From Phaeosaccion multiseriatum (taxonomy: Eukaryota > Protista > Ochrophyta, other classes), in assembly GCA_965112735.1 (NCBI GenBank), contig OZ218959.1, positions 930,001 to 994,000 on the forward strand: DNA of 64,000 nucleotides, read 5' to 3'. Under the pieces are notes generated by a model, which did no database searches, was not told the origin of the DNA, and was given only the letters and a program-made list of their open reading frames with translations. The translations under genes and the position numbers were made by a program. This document shows positions 58,652-64,000 of the stretch, piece after piece; positions within the stretch are counted from its first letter, which is position 1, and every line of letters starts with the position of its first letter.

Positions 58652-59347
58652 GGGGGAGGAGGCGGGAGCTTGGGTGGAGCTGTGGTAGCTGGGGCGGGGG
58701 TTGCAGAGGCAGAGACGGAGGATGCCTCTCTGCGCTGGGCTATGGAGGCGTCTCTCTCGGCGGAGGCCCTCTCTTCGTCCGCCGCCGCGGCGCAGAGCGA
58801 GGACGAGGAGCTTGCCAAGGTCTTGGCACTCTCAATGGGAGGTGTAGGCGGGGCAGGGGGGGGGGATGGAGATGAACTGCCCGACGAGATCAAGGCCATT
58901 ATGGAGCAGTCCGAGAGGGAGGAGGAGGAGCGCAGGCAGAGGAGGAAGGCAGAGGAGGAAGCGGAGGCGGCGGAGCTGGAGAGGGCGATGCAGGCCTCCG
59001 TGGAGTGGGGGGCAGGGGCGGGCTTCGGCGGCCTGGGAGGGCAGCTTGGGGGCAGCGGGAGCAGCAGGGGGGGCGGGAGGGAGGTGCAGCTTAGGGTGGG
59101 CGACGACAGCGACGATGACGAGGAGGAGGACGAGGACGAGGAGGGGGACGAGGACGAGGAGGGGGTGTATGCACTACCGCCCCGGCGAACTCCGCAGCAG
59201 ATGCTGCCCATGATGCAGCAGCAGCAGCAACAGCAACAGCAACATCACTTCCCGGCCGGGGTGGGGGCCCCTCCGACGCAGCCCGCATGGTGGCTGCAGG
59301 TCCTCGAGCAGCAGGGGCAGCAGGGGCAGCAGGGGCAGCAGCCGTAG
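55807..59347 (+). CDS. HEPN-like domain, PAM2-like motif and multiple UIM protein
   Basis: Exons 55807-56012, 56203-56338 and 56629 onward. The spliced product reads LEKHLREK...LPNHVIRRLRSVASLRNRCAH (R-x4-H), then SRLNPNSAPFV (PAM2-like) and UIMs such as DEDVQRALEASL, EDEALKQVLEASR, EDEELAKVLALSM and EAAELERAMQASV. There is a 1-nt frame break in a G10 run near 57895-57904. Confidence 0.7.
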
Positions 59348-59547
59348 AACAGGCAGCAGGGCTAGCCCCAGGAGGGGCAGGAGGGGGCAGAGAGGCGAGG
59401 CGAGGACAGCAGAGGCGCATCATGCATGTTTGTAAAAGAGGAATCGGTAGTGAATGGAGAGTAGCAAAGTTAAAAAGTTTTGTTTTGGTATCGCATTCGT
59501 AGTGGAAAAGAGGATAGGGAGAAGAAATCGCAATTCCTTCGAGCAAG

Positions 59548-62500
59548 CTATGCTCTCTCCTTTTTGGCCTTTCCTTTCCCCTTCTTCGCCTTTTTGCCTC
59601 CTCCCCCTCCTGCTGCATCGTCCACCGCCGCATCACCAACTGCCCCCCCAAGTCCGATGGGCGGCACCACGTGCAGAGCATCTCTGCGCATCTGCCTGCG
59701 ATCGGCGGCAAGCTTCCGACGCATCACGAGGTCCAAGGCTGGGTCCTGACCCCCTGTACCCCCCGATGTTGTTGCCTCTCCGCCGCCTCCCCTCTTGCGG
59801 GCGGCAAGTTCCTGCTTCGTCACGAGCGCCTCTTCCTCCATGCGCTGCTTCCACAGCTTCAACCGCCGCATGTACTCGTCGGGGTCGCTGGGTGGGAGCG
59901 GGCGGCAGTGGATGGCAGTGGATGGAGGGGTGAGGGATAGAAGATGGCAGTGGATGGATGGGCAAGGCAGCAGACCGTGGAAGGTGGAGCGTAGCAGGAG
60001 GTGGGGGTGGTCAGCTCCCTGCAGTCGACAAGTGAAGGTATGGAGGCATACATGGATGGCGCTGGACGTCCCCCTGTCCCCCCTTACCTGTCCGCCAGCA
60101 CGTTTAGCTCTGCCTGCTCCTGCGCGTCTGCTGCCTTCTTCTCCTCCTGGACGCGCAGTGCGTCCTCCTTGTCCTTGATCCTCCTCTCCTCGTCCTCCAC
60201 AGCTTTGGCTTCCTCCGCCTTTTTCCTCGCCTCGGCGCTGGCCTTGTTGCGTGCCGCCTCCTCCGCTCGCTTCTCCACTGAAAAGAGGAGAGGAAGGGAA
60301 CGGTAAGGGGAAGAGGGGTGAGATCGACACCGAAATTGAATCAGCAAGTCGTTGCCATGTGTCTGTTGTCGACTAACGTCAGTACATACCCAAGTACATA
60401 CGTAACGTCTACGTAAGTAAGTCCTCCCCTCACCTACTCTGCGCTGGTACTCGTCGGGGTCCTCTGCGAGGAGGCGGTGCAGCTCCGTCGCCTCCCGTTC
60501 TGCGCTCCTCGCGTCCTGCCACAGTGAGATACAGGCATTGTCACAGATGGTCCCAGATGGTCCCAGATGGTCCCAGATGGTCACATGGCACAGTGAGATG
60601 AGATGTAAGATGGTCTCAGTGTGCGGTGGTCACCAAAGGTCAGGCCATGGCTTGCTGGGGATATTTGGTGAAATTATGCGCCAACAACAACCCTTTGGAA
60701 GCACATGAACACACAAACGCACACACACACACATACACACACACGCACGCACACACACACATGCAACACACACACTTACCTCCTCCCGCTGAGCCTTCTC
60801 CTTGTCAGCCTTGGCTTGCTCCTCCCTCTCCCGCAGCACATCTGCCGACAGCGCAGTGTCCTGCTCCTCGTCCGCCCACACGCACGCCACCTTTAGGAAA
60901 CACGCTTCTTCCAAGGCACTGCGAGCGATGGCCACGAACAAATCCAGCGACCCCACGGCCTCCTCTTGCACCTAATTAGGGGAGGGGGGGCGGTGGGCTC
61001 TGCTGTGAGTGCGTGGGTGTGTGGTATGTGTGAGATGATAGTGCCCTGCCCCTATCCTTAAGAGTTCAAAACTGCCCCCACCCCCATCCTCTCACCTCTG
61101 GAAAGGCCTTGATGAGAACAAAGTCGAGCACGAGCAGGTCTGGCACAAAGGCCATACCCTCCCGCACCACTCTCGGCAGCCACATGTACGCCTCGAGGAG
61201 AGCTGCTTTGACCTTGGCCTGCAGCACCGCGGGCTTGCTTATGTCAACAGTGCGCAGCTCGGGGGGACGGCTTGCGTCAGAGAGACAGTGTGCTTCGTAG
61301 AGACGAGACAGCTCCTCGAAGAGGCCGTCGTCGGATTGGAGGAAGGAGCGCGCCTGCTGCGTTTCCTCGTACTCCATGCTGGCGGGGGGGGGGGGGGGGG
61401 GATGGCAGTGGATGGACGAGCGGGGTAGGGAGAGGAAAGGAGAGGAGGGGAGGGGTGAGGCGATGGCGACACATACGCGGGAAGTAACGCGGGGGGAAGA
61501 GCAGCAGAGCAGCAGTCGTCGGTACAGTCCCCACTCACCCCTTGAGGTAGACCGAATCCTCAAACAGCACAACCCTGTGCCCAAGGCAGCGATGCGGCCA
61601 CCAAGGAGGAGGCAGCGTGTACTCATCCACCGAGTGTGCCTCTTGCGCCACCCCTGCATGCACAAGCCGTGCGTCCGCCACGCCGATGGGTCCGTGAGAG
61701 TCACTCTCTCCGATGAGGTCCAGCAGGGCATAGCTGCGGTGGACGGTGAGGGAGTGCGTGAAGCGCATAGGCTCGAACTTGCCCTCTTCCTGCCCCTGTG
61801 TCACCAACTGCTGCCCCTCAGGGCTCTGTGCCTGCCCCTGCTTACTTGCACGGCGGCCGCCGAGGGGGTCCCCAAGCCACGCCCCCATCTGAGCGATGTC
61901 ACTCGGGACCTCCAGCGATCTGCACGGAAAGGAAGGGAAGGGAGGTGAAAGACGGAGAGAGGGAGAGAAGGGGGTGGGCAGAGGTGGGAAGGAGTCAGAG
62001 TCAGCGGCAGCTCTCCCTCCCCCCCAACCCCCCCTCAGGCACTCACCCCGTGGTCTTGAAGGGTATGTTGCCGTCCTGCGTGCTCTCCGAAGGCGCGTAC
62101 GTATTTGCCGTGATGGGTCCAGCCACAATCTGAGTCAAGTACCCCTCCACTGACTGCCTGGCCGCGCGTTTCACACCCCCATCAAAGCTGAAGGGGTCTT
62201 CATCCGCATCGTCGTCATCCATGAGTCCACCGGCGGTGCTGCTCCTGCCCTTGGCCTTGGTGCTGGGCTTAGGCTTGGTGCTGCTTCTCTTGTTGAGCTT
62301 GTCATTGTCTTTGTCAAGGTCCTTGTCTTCCTCCGCCCACACCTTGGGGAGCATTTTGTAAGACGTCAGAGTCTTGATGCCTGGGGAGAGTGAGGGGGGT
62401 TGGGGGGAGGACGACCAGGACATGGGGAGTCAGAGTGTCAGGACATGGAGTCAGAGTGTCAGGAGTCAGAGCGTCACGTCTCCCCTACCCCGTCGAAGCA

Positions 62501-64000
62501 CTGCACTCCGTCAGCTGCCATCTGCACTTCCCTTCCCGTTGAGCAAGCAGCAAGCCTTCATCACCCCACCCCTCATCCCCCCATCGGACAAAGGCACAAG
62601 GGCACATGTTGGACACACGCTTGGCGCACATCGTCGCCATGCTGTGACTCACCGCAGCAGACCCCGGAGCCCGTGCCTGCGACGAGCAACACCTCTCTGC
62701 CCGGCACCTCCATCTTCCAAGCCAAGAGTCGCTTCAGCAGCGCCACTTGCTGCCGAGGCCTTCTCGCCCATGCATCTCGCACCACGTCCTCCTGATCGTG
62801 CTCTCCTCCCAGCCCCCCTCCCGCAACGCCACCTTCGACCCCTGCTGCTGACCCAGGCCTTGGGCTAGATGCTTTCTTCCTATCAGATGTGTTGGGTCTA
62901 CTGCCCCCCTTCGCCTCCCTCGCCTCCTGCTGTATCACCAACTGTTCCTCCTGCCACAGGCGCTCCTCCTCCTCCTCCTCCCTCCGCTGCTGCAAGGCCC
63001 GCTCGAACCCTTCATGATCGTGATACACCAGCGGCAGCTCGGACGCCACCACGAGCGTCGCCAAGTCCGGCCCACACTTGTCCAGGGCAAGGCTCAGCAC
63101 CCGCCACTGCTCCTCGCTAAGCAGGGGGTTGTCTGAGGCCTGGCTCTCCACCCCACTGCCCGCCTCGGGCCCCGCAGCAGCAGAGGCGGAGGTGCCCGGG
63201 CGGGAAGAGGTGCCGGGCCTGGAGGAGCTTGACGTGCCCGGGGGGGAGGAAGCGGTCGTGCCGGGTGTTGAGGCCGCCCCTCTGTGGAACGAAGAGAAGA
63301 GAGAAGGACAGGACGGGGAGGGGGGAGAGAATGTGAGTTGAAAGTGTCGTATCAGCCTATGGTTATATTCCACACCACACGTACGTAATTCTTAGGTTGA
63401 TTCCTGTAAGTTAAAGAAAAGGTCCCCGCTGCCCGGAGCACGCCCTCTCAAAGACACACAGACACGTACCAAGACATAAGGACACATATTCGCCCACCCA
63501 CGCACCCACCCACCCACCCACCCACCCATCCACACGCACACACGCACACACGCACACACAGCCCTTGCTCCTCACCCGGGCTGTACCGCCCCGCTCCCTC
63601 CCGCCGCCACCCCCCCGCCCCTGCCTCCATCCATGTGCACGCCCTGCCGAGGTCTGAGGAGCTCCCTCGCATCCAGACACAGAAGCCCCACGGCCTCCCC
63701 TCGAAGGAGGCGGAAGTGTGCCTCATGCTGCTCCAACTCGAAGGGAGTGCCCCACTGTGTGTCCCAGAGCTGTCTCTGATACTCGCGATAGACCTCCCTG
63801 GCCAGCCGGAGCAGCAATCGGCCGTGTGGTGAGGCGCGTAGTGAGGAGTCAGACGCGTTGAAGCCCTGACACGCGTCGCCCTGACCCCACAGCATGAGCT
63901 GCTGAGAGGTGGCCAGGACCTTGGGAGGGGGGGGGGGATGGCAGTGGATGGACGGCAGTGGATGGACAGGGATGAGAGAATAGCAGCACTACGTAACCTG
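59548..64000 (-). CDS. PhoD-like (alkaline phosphatase D fold) protein with C-terminal coiled coil; 5' end outside window
   Basis: AREVYREYQRQLWD, GLLCLDAR, PLLSEEQW..L..AL, LVVASELPLV, DAW, EVLLVAG and TQIVAGPITA follow the PhoD-like motif order, with many GT-AG introns. Catalytic competence is unknown. Confidence 0.6.

Overview
This is GC-rich, intron-rich eukaryotic nuclear DNA, dense in microsatellites ((CAG)n, (GAG)n, (CA)n, (CACT)n). Two genes start with a signal peptide followed by 'AF' (bipartite plastid targeting), which points to an alga with a secondary red plastid, probably an ochrophyte (inference). I reconstruct 17 spliced or single-exon genes, many in head-to-head pairs. They are the 3' part of 5-oxoprolinase, a PH/coiled-coil protein, an ankyrin protein, PrimPol, NOG1, a KDM5-type demethylase, an ER-type membrane protein, COG4, an NZF-finger protein, plastid MsrA, a plastid SAM-methyltransferase, two low-complexity hypotheticals, a mitochondrial ferredoxin with a loop insertion, a DUF2608-like HAD protein, a HEPN-PAM2-UIM protein and the 3' part of a PhoD-like protein. 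The main finding is a gene at 55.8-59.3 kb whose splicing assembles a bacterial-looking HEPN RNase motif (RNxxxH). It is fused to a PAM2-like PABP-binding motif and about 8-10 ubiquitin-interacting motifs, which suggests a ubiquitin-sensing mRNA endonuclease. A 16-bp DNA motif (CAGTTGGTGATACAGC) is scattered through exons in different reading frames and through introns. There are also CCC...GGG miniature elements flanked by TCGA instead of TTAA, a shared modular repeat at 9.1 and 48 kb, and several GC-AG introns. All calls are by eye; no database searches were run. Most ORFs in the supplied track are artefacts of repeats or antisense frames.
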